From: Eledone cirrhosa
Taxonomy: Eukaryota
Direction of reading: 5' to 3'
Assembly: GCA_964016885.1 (NCBI GenBank)
Contig: OZ024741.1
Span: 241,242,001-241,306,000 of the forward strand
DNA length: 64,000 bases
Of the stretch, positions 1 through 11,279 are shown one piece after another. The position numbers and the translations under genes were made by a program. A model generated the notes under the pieces. It did no database searches and had not been told where the DNA came from. It saw only the letters and a list, made by a program, of their open reading frames with translations. Each line of letters begins with the position of its first letter. Position 1 is the first letter of the stretch.

Positions 1-279
1 CTTAACCAAGATGATATTTACCAAAAAGAAGAACAAGTCAACATCATTGGATACCATCAAGGTTGCAGGTGTTATATCAGAGTTTTCCTTCTCCTAGAAT
101 TCTGCCTTGACAAAGGCTAAGGGGTCATCTCTCCCGGTGATTTTGGATGGCCATTGACTCTTAAGAGCTCCTTTGCCCTTTGACAGATTTTGCTTTTAGT
201 ACTGCAGGATGTCCAAAGTTACCCTCCACACCTAGAAACCTTGGTGGGGTTGCCAGTTTAGTCGCCAACGACACGACCA
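1..279 (+). mobile_element. Partial copy of the ~610-bp RTE-5'UTR-like non-autonomous element (cut by the window edge)
   Basis: Near-identical to 5828-6106; ends in a (TA)n tract. Confidence 0.75.
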
Positions 280-310
280 TGTATATATATATATACACAC
301 ATATATATAC

Positions 311-353
<43 letters not shown>

Positions 354-504
354 TATGATGATGATGATGAATATATATATAGATATAGATATATTGGAGA
401 GGAATAACACAGAAGAGTGTGTTTTCCTCTCTATATGGTATATTGAAGTGCCCAGGAAAACGTTTTTCTTTGAGCTCATTAAATTACAGGATTATATGCG
501 AGTT

Positions 505-752
505 CAATACTCCGTTGACACAACAGTCCGCACTGTAAGGTGGCTGTGTAGGAGACCCAGTGAAAAGGTTCCAAGTCCACACTGTAAATGTGGTTGGTGT
601 TAGGAAGGGCATCCAGCTGTAAAAATAAAACTTGCCAGAGACGCTTCTGTTCAAGCGAGACATGGTCTCCCGACCATTCCCGCATCAAATGGAACAAAAC
701 CGTCTAACCCATGCAAGTGGGGAAGATGGACGTTAAACGATGATGATGATGA
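505..752 (+). mobile_element. RTE LINE 3' UTR fragment with (GAT)n tail
   Basis: Shares GTTGGTGTTAGGAAGGGCATCCAGCTGT and AACCCATGC...GGACGTTAAACGATGATG with the 3' ends of coding RTE copies (32340-32492, 60230-60392). Confidence 0.75.
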
Positions 753-810
753 TAATATATATATCATCATCATCATCATCATCATTTTACATCCGCTTTT
801 CCCTGCTGCA

Positions 811-884
<74 letters not shown>

Positions 885-940
885 AGATAATTCAATATTT
901 ACATACTTTAGTTTTTTAAAATAATGTCTGTTATGTTCAT

Positions 941-994
<54 letters not shown>

Positions 995-1004
995 TATACA
1001 CACA

Positions 1005-1162
1005 TTTAATGTCCATTATCGATGTTAGCATGGATTAGCATGGATTAGATGAGTTGTCTAGTTTTGAGACAAATCAGATCAGGTGACCATGTCCTGCTCA
1101 TACAGAGCAGTTTCTTGCTTAGATTCTACCAACTGATGGGTTAGACTGGACACTTTTCATCA
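1005..1162 (-). mobile_element. Old RTE 3' tail that leads into the 48-bp minisatellite
   Basis: Degenerate match to the reverse complement of the RTE tail (tttaatgtccat...agcatgg...gaccatgtcctgctcatac; compare 5192-5310). Confidence 0.55.
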
Positions 1163-2585
1163 TGTCACCAACACGACCACCTTACAGGGTGGGCTGGGTA
1201 TGTTTTGTTGTGTCACCAACACGACCACCTTACAGGGTGGGCTGGGTATGTTTTGTTGTGTCACCAACACGACCACCTTACAGGGTGGGCTGGGTATGTT
1301 TTGTTGTGTCACCAACACGACCACCTTACAGGGTGGGCTGGGTATATTTTGTTGTGTCACCAACACGACCACCTTACAGGGTGGGCTGGGTATGTTTTGT
1401 TGTGTCACCAACACGACCACCTTACAGGGTGGGCTGGGTATGTTTTGTTGTGTCACCAACACGACCACCTTACAGGGTGGGCTGGGTATGTTTTGTTGTG
1501 TCACCAACACGACCACCTTACAGGGTGGGCTGGGTATGTTTTGTTGTGTCACCAACACGACCACCTTACAGGGTGGGCTGGGTATGTTTTGTTGTGTCAC
1601 CAACACGACCACCTTACAGGGTGGGCTGGGTATGTTTTGTTGTGTCACCAACACGACCACCTTACAGGGTGGGCTGGGTATGTTTTAATGTGTCACCAAC
1701 ACGACCACCTTACAGGGTGGGCTGGGTATGTTTTGTTGTGTCACCAACACGACCACCTTACAGGGTGGGCTGGGTATGTTTTAATGTGTCACCAACACGA
1801 CCACCATACAAAGTGGACTAGGTGCTTTTTGTAGTGTCACCAATATGACCACCTTACAGGGTGGGCTGGGTATGTTTTGTTGTGTCACCAACACGACCAC
1901 CTTACAGGGTGGGCTGGGTATGTTTTAATGTGTCACCAACACGACCACCTTACAGGGTGGGCTGGGTATGTTTTGTTATGTCACCAACACGACCACCTTA
2001 CAGGGTGGGCTGGGTATGTTTTGTTATGTCACCAACACGACCACCTTACAGGGTGGGCTGGGTATGTTTTGTTGTGTCACCAACACGACCACCTTACAGG
2101 GTGGGCTGGGTATGTTTTGTTATGTCACCAACACGACCACCTTACAGGGTGGGCTGGGTATGTTTTAATGTGTCACCAACACGACCACCTTACAGGGTGG
2201 GCTGGGTATGTTTTGTTATGTCACCAACATGACCACCTTACAGGGTGGGCTGGGTATGTTTTGTTATGTCACCAACACGACCACCTTACAGGGTGGGCTG
2301 GGTATGTTTTAATGTGTCACCAACACGACCACCTTACAGGGTGGGCTGGGTATGTTTTGTTATGTCACCAACACGACCACCTTACAGGGTGGGCTGGGTA
2401 TGTTTTGTTATGTCACCAACACGACCACCTTACAGGGTGGGCTGGGTATGTTTTGTTGTGTCACCAACACGACCACCTTACAGGGTGGGCTGGGTATGTT
2501 TTAATGTGTCACCAACACGACCACCATACAAAGTGGACTAGGTGCTTTTTGTAGTGTCACCAATATGACCACCTTACAGGGTAGA
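1163..2585. repeat. 48-bp minisatellite, about 29-30 units
   Basis: Unit TGTCACCAACACGACCACCTTACAGGGTGGGCTGGGTATGTTTTGTTG repeated head-to-tail without spacers; a variant unit recurs at ~1805 and ~2525 (720-bp period). Confidence 0.95.
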
Positions 2586-2973
2586 CTGCGTACTTATCTG
2601 TTATAGTTTGTATTTCTCTTTAGTTGACATTCTTCATCTTTTCCTTATTGTATTTTTTTTTATCTTTCGTAATTCTCGAAAAAAATAAAATTTGCCCTAT
2701 CGTTCTCATTCCTGCTTTTTTCCCCTTTTTTCTTCCTTTCTCTCTCTCTCTATACTCCTGTCATTTCTCACCTCATGTTTTAGACTCCCTTTCTTTCATT
2801 CTCTCCCTCTCTCCATTCTTCCGCTCAACATGAGGTTATATTTTAACCTAACTCTTTGCCATCTACATTGCAATCAGCTGTTTACAACTAGCCCTGCCCT
2901 GAGATTCCTACAATTTTATAACACTTCATATACACTCATAGCTGCAATCCTTTTTCAATTTATATATATATAT

Positions 2974-3904
2974 ATCATCATCATCATCATCATCATCAGG
3001 TTTAGCGTCCGTGTTCCACGCTTGCATGGGTTTGGACGGGGGTTTTCCCACTTGAGGCAAGAGTGGTTGTCTTGCTCGCATAGGACTGTCTGGCGGGTTT
3101 TCTACAGTTGGATGCCCTTCCTAACACCAACCACATTTACAGTGTGGGGCTGGGAGGTTTTTACCGTGTTGCCTACACGGCCACATTACAGCGTGGACTG
3201 TCTGGCTGGTTTTCTACAGCTGGATGCCCTTCCTAACACCAACCACATTTACAGTGTGGGGCTGGGAGGTTTTTACCGTGTTGCCTACACGGCCACATTT
3301 ACAGCGTGGACTGTGTGTTTTTTGTCGTGACACCTACACGATCTCATTTGTTTCGGCCTGGATGTTGTGGGACCAACATAACTTTACATTGAAAGGGGCG
3401 GTGTGGGTGGGGTGGAGGTGGTGGGACGGGGGTGTGTTTTGATAGAAGTGCCTACTGACTGTAGTAGGTTTTTACTTTGTATTTAGGTAAGGCGGGTCTT
3501 CTCTATTACTGAGTACCGCCAAAGGTCTCGGTCCAGTGACATTGTCTTGGAGAGGTGTAAGCGTGTGAGGTCGGAATTTATCAGCTCGTCCCATGTTTTT
3601 CTGGGTCTGCCTACTCCGTGGCTACCGTCTATCTTTATTGCCCTGCACTTTGTTATACAGCTGTCGTCTTTCATGCGCATCACGTGACCGTACCAACGTA
3701 GCCTTCTCTCGAGTAAACAACATCTGATCCCTCTTATTTCTAATTTTTTCCTTAGTTCGTTTATGCTTTGCCGTTCACGTATATTACTATTGCACATCCA
3801 GCGGAGCATGCAAGCTTCGTTCCTCTCTAGTCTGCGTATATCCTCTGCACACAATGCCCAGGTCTCACTGCCATGCAGCATTGCTGTTCGTATGCAGGCA
3901 TCGT
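2974..3904 (-). mobile_element. 5'-truncated RTE LINE (subfamily A): C-terminal ORF, 3' UTR and (GAT)n tail
   Basis: ORF 3483-3881 has MLHGSETW, RRLRWYGHVMR, GRPRKTW and DRDLWR (RTE C-terminal motifs); ~107-bp internal duplication in the 3' UTR; TA tracts on both sides. Confidence 0.9.
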
Positions 3905-4068
3905 ATATATATATATATATATAAGTATTAAGTTGTTAAACAATATTCGATGATTATGTCAAAGAATGAGTTTTACAGTAGATTGGAAGCACTCAACGGT
4001 AAAAAATAATTTTCATGAGTTATTAATATAAGTATTAATAAAATAGATGTTCTTTTGATCAATTACAG

Positions 4069-4117
4069 TTTATTATACATATTTCGGATGTACAACAGTA
4101 CGTCCTCATCAGACAAA
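4069..4117 (-). ncRNA. Type I hammerhead ribozyme motif in a PLE-like fragment
   Basis: Minus strand reads TTTGT-CTGATGA-GGACGTAC-TGTT-GTACATCC-GAAAT-ATGT-ATA-ATAAA; stems I and II pair. Confidence 0.65.
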
Positions 4118-4213
4118 ATATAATGATACATGACATACCCTGAGATGTTAAATGGTTAAGATTTAATCAAGGTATTATTAAATCAAGGTATTATTACATA
4201 TATATATATATAT

Positions 4214-4387
4214 TCCGAAGGAAAAGCAAAGGAAAAAAGAGTGCTCTATGTATAATTTAATTAAAAAGTGAACAACATAAAATATAACTATTTTATAACT
4301 GATGACTGATCCAGACATATATTAATATTGACTGCAATCCAGAAACCTTTGGTAATGGAGTAGTTATATTTTGTGTTGTTCACTTTC

Positions 4388-4393
<6 letters not shown>
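4214..4393 (+). mobile_element. Short PLE-like fragment with a degenerate hammerhead and an internal inverted repeat
   Basis: CTGATGA...GAAACCTTTGGTA core; inverted repeat ~4258-4290 versus ~4361-4393; second copy on the minus strand at 8637-9035. Confidence 0.5.
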
Positions 4394-4455
<62 letters not shown>

Positions 4456-4642
4456 AATAAATTAACGAAGCCATAGACTCTCGTTATTCCCTGTCAATAA
4501 TGTGCTCAAAGGAGAAGGAATCTGAGCTCTTTAAAATACAATATGTTGAAAAGGTAACACACTAGAGAGAGATAGTGTGCCATCAATAAAACAGGTGGAT
4601 TTGTACGTGTGTGTTATATAGTAATAGAGGTGCATATATATA

Positions 4643-4878
4643 TCATCATCATCATCATCATCATTTTACGTCTGCTTTTCCCTGCTTGCAAGGGTGGGAT
4701 GGGAACTGATTCTGGCTTGATTTCTACAGCTGGATGCCCTTCCTAACACCAACCTCATTTACAGTGAGTGCTGGGTGCTTTTTTTGCCGTGGTACCTCCA
4801 CGACCACTTTGCAGTGGAATGATAGGGACCCCAGTCCCTATCATCTCATTTCTACAGCTGAGTAAGCCATGTGCCTCC
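4643..4878 (-). mobile_element. SINE family 1, internally deleted copy
   Basis: Matches the reverse complement of 57681-58033 with most of the head missing. Confidence 0.75.
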
Positions 4879-4911
<33 letters not shown>

Positions 4912-4990
4912 TACATATATATATACATATATATATATCTATATATACACACATATATATATATATCTATATATATATTATATATATATA

Positions 4991-5066
<76 letters not shown>

Positions 5067-5070
5067 TATA

Positions 5071-5132
<62 letters not shown>

Positions 5133-5164
5133 TATATGTATATATATACACATTATATATATAT

Positions 5165-5509
5165 ATCATCATCATCATCATCATCATCACCGTTTTACGT
5201 CCATTTTTCCACACTAGCATGGGTTAGACGGGTTGTCCTGTTGTGGGCAGTGTCTGGTCGGCTGACCATGCCTTGCTCATACAGGAACTGATTTGGCCTA
5301 TTTCTACAGCTGGATGCCCTTCCTAACACCAACCTCATTTACAGTGAGTGCTGGGTGCTTTTTCGTGGCACCTACACGTCCACTTTACAGTGTGGGCTGG
5401 GTGCTTTTTTGCCGTGGCACCTCCACGACCACCTTGCGGTGGAGGATGTGGGGGCATATTGTCTATATGCTTCAGCTTGTACCCATGGGAGGTCAGGTAC
5501 TCTGTATTA
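5165..5509 (-). mobile_element. RTE subfamily B 3' UTR fragment
   Basis: Reverse-complement match to 29450-29793. Confidence 0.8.
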
Positions 5510-5551
5510 CATATACATATATATATATATATGTATATATACATATGTATA

Positions 5552-6161
5552 TGGTGGCTGCCAACTCGTTTTCGAGTACGGCCACTACTTTATATCCATG
5601 TAGGAGAACCCCTACCAATGCGCTGAACGAGTGTGACTTTTTAGTCCAGCCAGCGACTTGAAAACTCTGGTACAAACACTACACTTGTGACAATTATTGA
5701 CACATAGTGCTGGGCCCATGGTACCATGTGATGACAAGTGCAGAGAGATCTCCAGATATAAAGCAATGCCTGTGCCGTGAAGCTTTTATAGTGAGCAAAG
5801 GCACTGCACAAAGCCAGTCCCACTCTCTTAACCAAGATGATATTTACCAAAAAGAAGAACAAGTCAACATCATTGGATACCATCAGAGTTGCAGGTGTTA
5901 TATCAGAGTTTTCCTTCTCCTAGAATTCTGCCTTGACAAAGGCTAAGGGGTCATCTCTCCCGGTGATTTTGGATGGCCATTGACTCTTAAGAGCTCCTTT
6001 GCCCTTTGACAGGTTTTGTTTTTAGTCCTGCAGGATGTCCAAAGTCACCCTCCTCACCAAGAAACCTTGGTGGGGTTGCCAGTTTAGTCGCCAACGACCC
6101 GACCATGAGACAGGTTGTACTGGGATACATGTTACCAGTAGCACCAACTAGTGACCTGACA
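5552..6161 (+). mobile_element. ~610-bp non-autonomous element resembling an RTE 5' UTR (full copy)
   Basis: Same ends as 43428-44037 (minus) and the diverged 33388-33922; motifs AATGCCTGTGC, TTCCTTCTCCTAGA and GGGGTTGCCAGTTTAGTCGCC, which I recall from RTE 5' UTRs; TA-flanked. Confidence 0.65.
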
Positions 6162-6239
6162 TAACATATGTATATATATATATTTGTATATACATATATA
6201 TATATGTATATATATATATATACATTATATATATATATA

Positions 6240-8103
6240 TCATCATCATTATCATCATCATCGTTTAATGTCCATCTTCCACGCTAGCATGGGTTTAGAC
6301 GGGAATTGTCTGACTTGAGGCAAGATTGGTCGTCTCGCTCGTATGGGATTGTCTGGCAGGTGTTCTACAGCTGGATGCCCTTCCTAACATCAACCACGTT
6401 TACAGTGTGGACTGGGAGGTTTTTACTGTGTTACCTACACGGCCACATTACAGCGTGGACTGTGTGTTTTCTTTGTCATGACACCTACACAACCTCATTT
6501 ATTTAGGACTGGATGTTGTGGTACCAACATAACTTTTACAGGGTGGTGTTGATGAGGGTGGGGGTGGGGGATTTTGGGTAGTGGGAGGGGGGTGTATATT
6601 TGATTAAGAGGTGCCTACTGACTGTCGGTTTTGCTTTGTACGGCGGGTTTGCAAGGCGGGTTTTCTGTATTACTGCGTAGCGCCAAAGATCTCGGTCCAG
6701 CGACATTGTCTTAGAGAGGTGTAAGTGTGTAAGGTTGGAATTTATCAAATTGTCCCAGGTTTTTCTGGGTCTGCCTACTCCGTAACTACCATCAATTTTG
6801 ATCGCGCTGCACTTTTTTATACAGCTATCGTCTTTCATGCGCATCGCGTGACCATACCAACATAGTTTTCTCTCGAGTAAACAACATCTGATCCCTCTTA
6901 TTTCTAATTTCTCACTTAGTTCATTCATGCTTTGCTGTTCACGTATATTACTTTTACACATCCAGCGGAGCATGCATGCTTCGTTCCTCTCCAGTCTGCG
7001 CAGATCCTCTGCACACAATGCCCATGTCTCACTGCCATGTAACATAGCTGTTCGTATACAGGAATCATACAGTCCGCCTTTCATTCTTAGAGAGAAACCT
7101 TTAGCGGCCAATAGTGGTATAAGCTCTCTTTTTCCATCCCGTTCTGACTCTGGTTACTGTATTTTCGGAGCACCCTCCACCACTGCTGATTTTGTCACCC
7201 AGGTAACGGAAGGTGTCCACTATTTCTATAGAGCCATCTGCCTACTCCTTTCCTACACACTGAGCATGGCCATTTCCCAGATGGGACGAGTGCTCTATTT
7301 TCCTTCCTACATACTAGCACTTTAGTCTTAGACAGGTTAATTTTAAGGCCTTTTGATACTAGGCCATGCTTCCATGTTTGGAATTTCTTCTCTAGTTCAT
7401 CCATCGAGTCAGCTATGAGCGTTAAATCATCTGCATAGAGAAGTTCCCATGGGCAGCCGGTCTTGAACTCCTCTGTTATAGCCTGAAGGGCAATAATAAA
7501 TAGGAGGGGCTAAGGACAGAGCCCTGATGAATACCAACTTTTACGCTAAATTCTTCACTATATTCGTTGTTAATTCTAACCTTGCTGACTGTTTCTTTAT
7601 ACATGGCTTGTATAGCTCTCACAAGCCATTCATCAACCCCTAGTTTTCTAAGGGCCCACCAGATAATGGTGCAGAGGACTCTGTCAAATGCTTTCTCCAA
7701 GTCAACAAAAGCTAAGTATAGGGGTTTACTTTTAGCTAGGTACTTCTCCTGTAGTTGTACAAGTAAAAGGGCGTCTGTGGTATTTTTACCTGACACAAAC
7801 CCAAACTGCATTTCGTCTAGATCAATTTGCTCTCTGATTAGTTGCGCTATTACTTTTTCTGTGACCTTCATGTCCTGGTCAATTAATCTAATGCCTCTAT
7901 AGTTTCCCCTATCTAGTGCATCTCCTTTACCCTTCTAGCAGTTAATGGTGATGCTGCTATGCCAGTCATTTGGTATGACCCCGTTCTGTATGACTTAGTT
8001 TACTATCCGTGTGACCATGGTGTTTCCCACCATTCCAGATGCTTTCAGCATTCCAGCAACTATCTCCAAAGGCCCAGCTGCCTTGCCTGTCTTCATATCT
8101 TTG

Positions 8104-8105
<2 letters not shown>
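6240..8105 (-). mobile_element. 5'-truncated, frameshifted RTE LINE (RT and C-terminal regions)
   Basis: ORFs 7476-7871 (QFGF, AFVDLEKAFDRV, GIHQGSVLSP), 7195-7404 and 6536-7111; (GAT)n tail at ~6240. Confidence 0.92.
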
Positions 8106-8199
<94 letters not shown>

Positions 8200-8604
8200 C
8201 AAAGATATGAAGACAGGCAAGGCAGCTGGGCCTTTGGAGATAGTTGCTGGAATGCTGAAAGCATCTGGAATGGTGGGAAACACCATGGTCACACGGATAG
8301 TAAACTAAGTCATACAGAACGGGGTCATACCAAATGACTGGCATAGCAGCATCACCATTAACTGCTAGAAGGGTAAAGGAGATGCACTAGATAGGGGAAA
8401 CTATAGAGGCATTAGATTAATTGACCAGGACATGAAGGTCACAGAAAAAGTAATAGCGCAACTAATCAGAGAGCAAATTGATCTAGACGAAATGCAGTTT
8501 GGGTTTGTGTCAGGTAAAAATACCACAGATGCCCTTTTACTTGTACAACTACAGGAGAAGTACCTAGCTAAAAGTAAACCCCTATACTTAGCTTTTGTTG
8601 ACTT
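7699..8604. repeat. ~900-bp near-perfect palindrome: ~405-bp RTE arms around a mirrored TA/CA/TA/TG/TA centre
   Basis: 8198-8604 is the reverse complement of 7699-8105; mirrored ORFs 7959-8210 and 8093-8344; symmetry axis at ~8151. Confidence 0.95.
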
Positions 8605-8610
8605 TTGTTG

Positions 8611-8641
<31 letters not shown>

Positions 8642-8716
8642 GAAAGTGAACAACACAAAATATAACTACTCCATTACCAAAGGTTTTTGGATTACAGTCA
8701 ATATTAATATACGTCT

Positions 8717-8904
8717 GGCGGTGGATTGGCAGTATTGGTAGAGGGTCGGATGCCATGCTTTCCAGCATAGTTACGTCCCTTAACGATCTGAGTTCAAATC
8801 CCGCTGAGGATGACTTTGCCTTTCATCCTTACGGGGTCGATAAAATAAAGTACCAGTAATGCACTGGGTAATTGCTGGCCTTGTGCCAAAAAAGTAGAAA
8901 CAAT
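8717..8904 (+). mobile_element. SINE family 2 (tRNA-like head, Deu/Nin-like core), full copy with target-site duplication
   Basis: B-box GAGTTCAAATCC; core GCCTTTCATCCTTACGGGGTCGATAAAATAAAGTACCAG; direct repeat CAATATTAATATACGTCTGG at 8699-8718 and 8901-8920. Confidence 0.85.
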
Positions 8905-9038
8905 ATTAATATACGTCTGGATTGGTCATCAGTTATTTATAAAGTAGTTATATTTTGTGTTGTTCACTTTCTAATTAAATAGCTCTGTTTTATACATAGA
9001 GCACTCTCTTTTCCTTTGCTTTTCCTTTGGAATTACCT

Positions 9039-9128
<90 letters not shown>

Positions 9129-9279
9129 GATACATATGTATGTATACATCCATAGAAGCGTGGAAGAGTCAATGTAAAATGATGTTAATATATATATATA
9201 ATTGCAAGGGCTTCTATGCCTTTAGAATTGTATCAAGTTAAATTCCCCATTATAAACATACATATATTTATATACACAA

Positions 9280-9580
9280 TATGGGTATGTCATGCTAATA
9301 ATATATATGAAAGACAAGGTACAGATGAGCTGAGAGAAAAATTGTACATAAGAAGAATCAGATATAATGCCAAAAGAGGAGATTGTGTTGGTATGGACAT
9401 GTGGTGTGTATGAGGTTGACTGCTGTATGAAGAACTGTATGAAGTGGGAAACCTATCAAAATATGTGATGAAGTGGTGAAGAATGATCTCAAAAAGTTAA
9501 ACATCACAATAGAGATGACAAAGAACTGTAATAATTGGCAACATGCAGTTCTGCATGCTTGAAAAAATGAACATTAAGAT
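9280..9580 (+). pseudogene. Old, degraded RTE C-terminal fragment
   Basis: Translates to WVCHANNIYERQGTDELREKLYIRRIR, then a WYGHV-like segment in another frame. Confidence 0.6.
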
Positions 9581-10139
9581 GGAGGCAATGTTGGAAGCTG
9601 AAAGTTCCCACCCAATACCTTCCTCTGAATTCTTCCTCCCCACATGCTCTCTCAGTCATCGTCCCCCATATCCACCATACCATAGTGTCCACATACCTGG
9701 GGTTGGCAATGGACCTATCTAACCCTTTCCTTTTCCTGATGCTTACCCACCCACTCTCATACTGCACTATGCTAGCCATGTTATGGGAGTTATTTTTTAG
9801 TTCTGTCTGCTCTATGCTCTCTGACCCAAACCTTATTAATTCATTTTCCTTCCCTATCACAGTTGCTCCATACGAGGGATGTATGACATATATCTACATC
9901 TCATATCTCCTATCATCACCGTCTCTATACTACCAACTATCACTCCCTCTCACCAATGGACCACTACACTGATATCAACCATGCTCTCCTTTCACCCTCT
10001 ACTTGCTCTCTCACCAAAAAACATGTAGTTACTCTCACTCTCTCCAATACTGCCTGTATCATCATACTTGCACACCCTTTCCTCTATTAATTCTTTCAAC
10101 ATTCTCCATCTCTCTTTATACCATTTTGCAGCCTCATCA

Positions 10140-10400
10140 CTCTATATCAGCTCTGTTTAATTAGCTCTTAAATATTACTGGAATTCTATAAGAATCCAGC
10201 TTCTATAGTTCTCGGCAAAAACAAAGTGGTGAGTGAGCTTGATAAATGCAAATGAGCGAGAAACAGGACTGTCAATTACCCTCCTTTGCTTTTGCCGAGA
10301 ATAAGTAAGTGACATATCACTACCTTAAAACTCATAGTGAATGGTCTTCAAAATGTTTTTTAATTAAGCATACAATATATTGCCAAATATACTATACATA
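10140..10400 (+). mobile_element. Short PLE-like element with a variant hammerhead core
   Basis: CTTGATAA...GAAACAGGACTGTC at 10238-10273, enclosed by a helix between 10209-10226 and 10284-10301; homologous to 50580-50880 (minus). Confidence 0.5.
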
Positions 10401-10564
10401 CACTCATATATATATGTATATACATAAACTCTTGCTAACAGAGAAAATGGATATTAATTGATGATAAAATCATGATAAAATCATGATAAATGATGATAAT
10501 GAGTAGGATGATATATATATACATACATATGTGTGTGTGTATGTGTATATATATATATATATAT

Positions 10565-10978
10565 GACCTTTCCCAATTAGACCTCTCAAAGGCGATAACA
10601 CACAACCGTGACCTCTGGCGTCATGCAGTAATACAGAGTACCCGACCTCCCATGGGTACAAGCTGAAGCATATAGACAATATGCCCCCACACCCTCCCAC
10701 TGCAAAGTGGTCGTGGAGGTGCCACGGCAAAAAAGCACCACCCAGCCCACACTGTAAAGTGGACGTGTAGGCGCCACGGAAAAAAGCACCCAGCACTCAC
10801 TGTAAATGAGGTTGGTGTTAGGAAGGGCATCCAGCTGTAGAAATCAAGTCAAAATCAGTTCCTGTATGAGCAAGACATGGTCAGCCGACCAGACACTTCC
10901 CACAACAGGACAACCCGTCTAACCCATGCTAGCGTGGAAGAACGGACGTAAAACGGTGATGATGATGATGATGATGAT
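10565..10978 (+). mobile_element. RTE subfamily B 3' end
   Basis: Matches 29385-29793; starts at a TA tract and ends in (GAT)n. Confidence 0.85.
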
Positions 10979-11213
10979 TGCATCATTAGTTTTTATACTT
11001 TAACGCTAAGTCATAAAAAAATTATATACACCTTTGAAAAGGCTTGCCTAATACAACCTGAAAAAAAAAAAATATATATGCAGAGGTTATATTTAATTTG
11101 TTGGGATTCAACAAGCTTAAACATTTTTATAACTGATATAAAGCACTCTACAAGTAAGTGGAGTAAATACACAATATATTAATAAATGGAAACTATATTT
11201 ATAAAACCATATT

Positions 11214-11279
11214 TATTTTATTATATATATTTCAAGAGCAACCAAGGCAAATTATGGTGCGCTTTCATCAGATAAAATA
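11214..11279 (-). ncRNA. Type I hammerhead ribozyme in the PLE terminal repeat, same sense as the endonuclease ORF
   Basis: TATTTTAT-CTGATGA-AAGCGCACC...GGTTGCTCTT-GAAAT-ATAT-ATA-ATAAAATA; 8-bp stem I and palindromic stem III/loop. Confidence 0.75.

Noticed and set aside
1163-2585. Regular 48-bp repeat resembling a CRISPR array, with long repetitive ORFs
   Set aside because: No unique spacers and no cas genes; ORFs are open in several frames only because 48 is a multiple of 3
4755-5291. [12 protein letters not shown] ORFs here and throughout the window
   Set aside because: Translations of (TA)n and (CA)n microsatellites
5707-5946. 79-aa ORF almost identical to 43643-43882
   Set aside because: Identity reflects recent repeat copies; the diverged subfamily at 33388 has indels and does not keep this peptide
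6040-6110. Possible HDV-like ribozyme (CCCTCCTCAC resembles loop L3)
   Set aside because: The required P3 complement does not follow; no nested double pseudoknot could be built by eye
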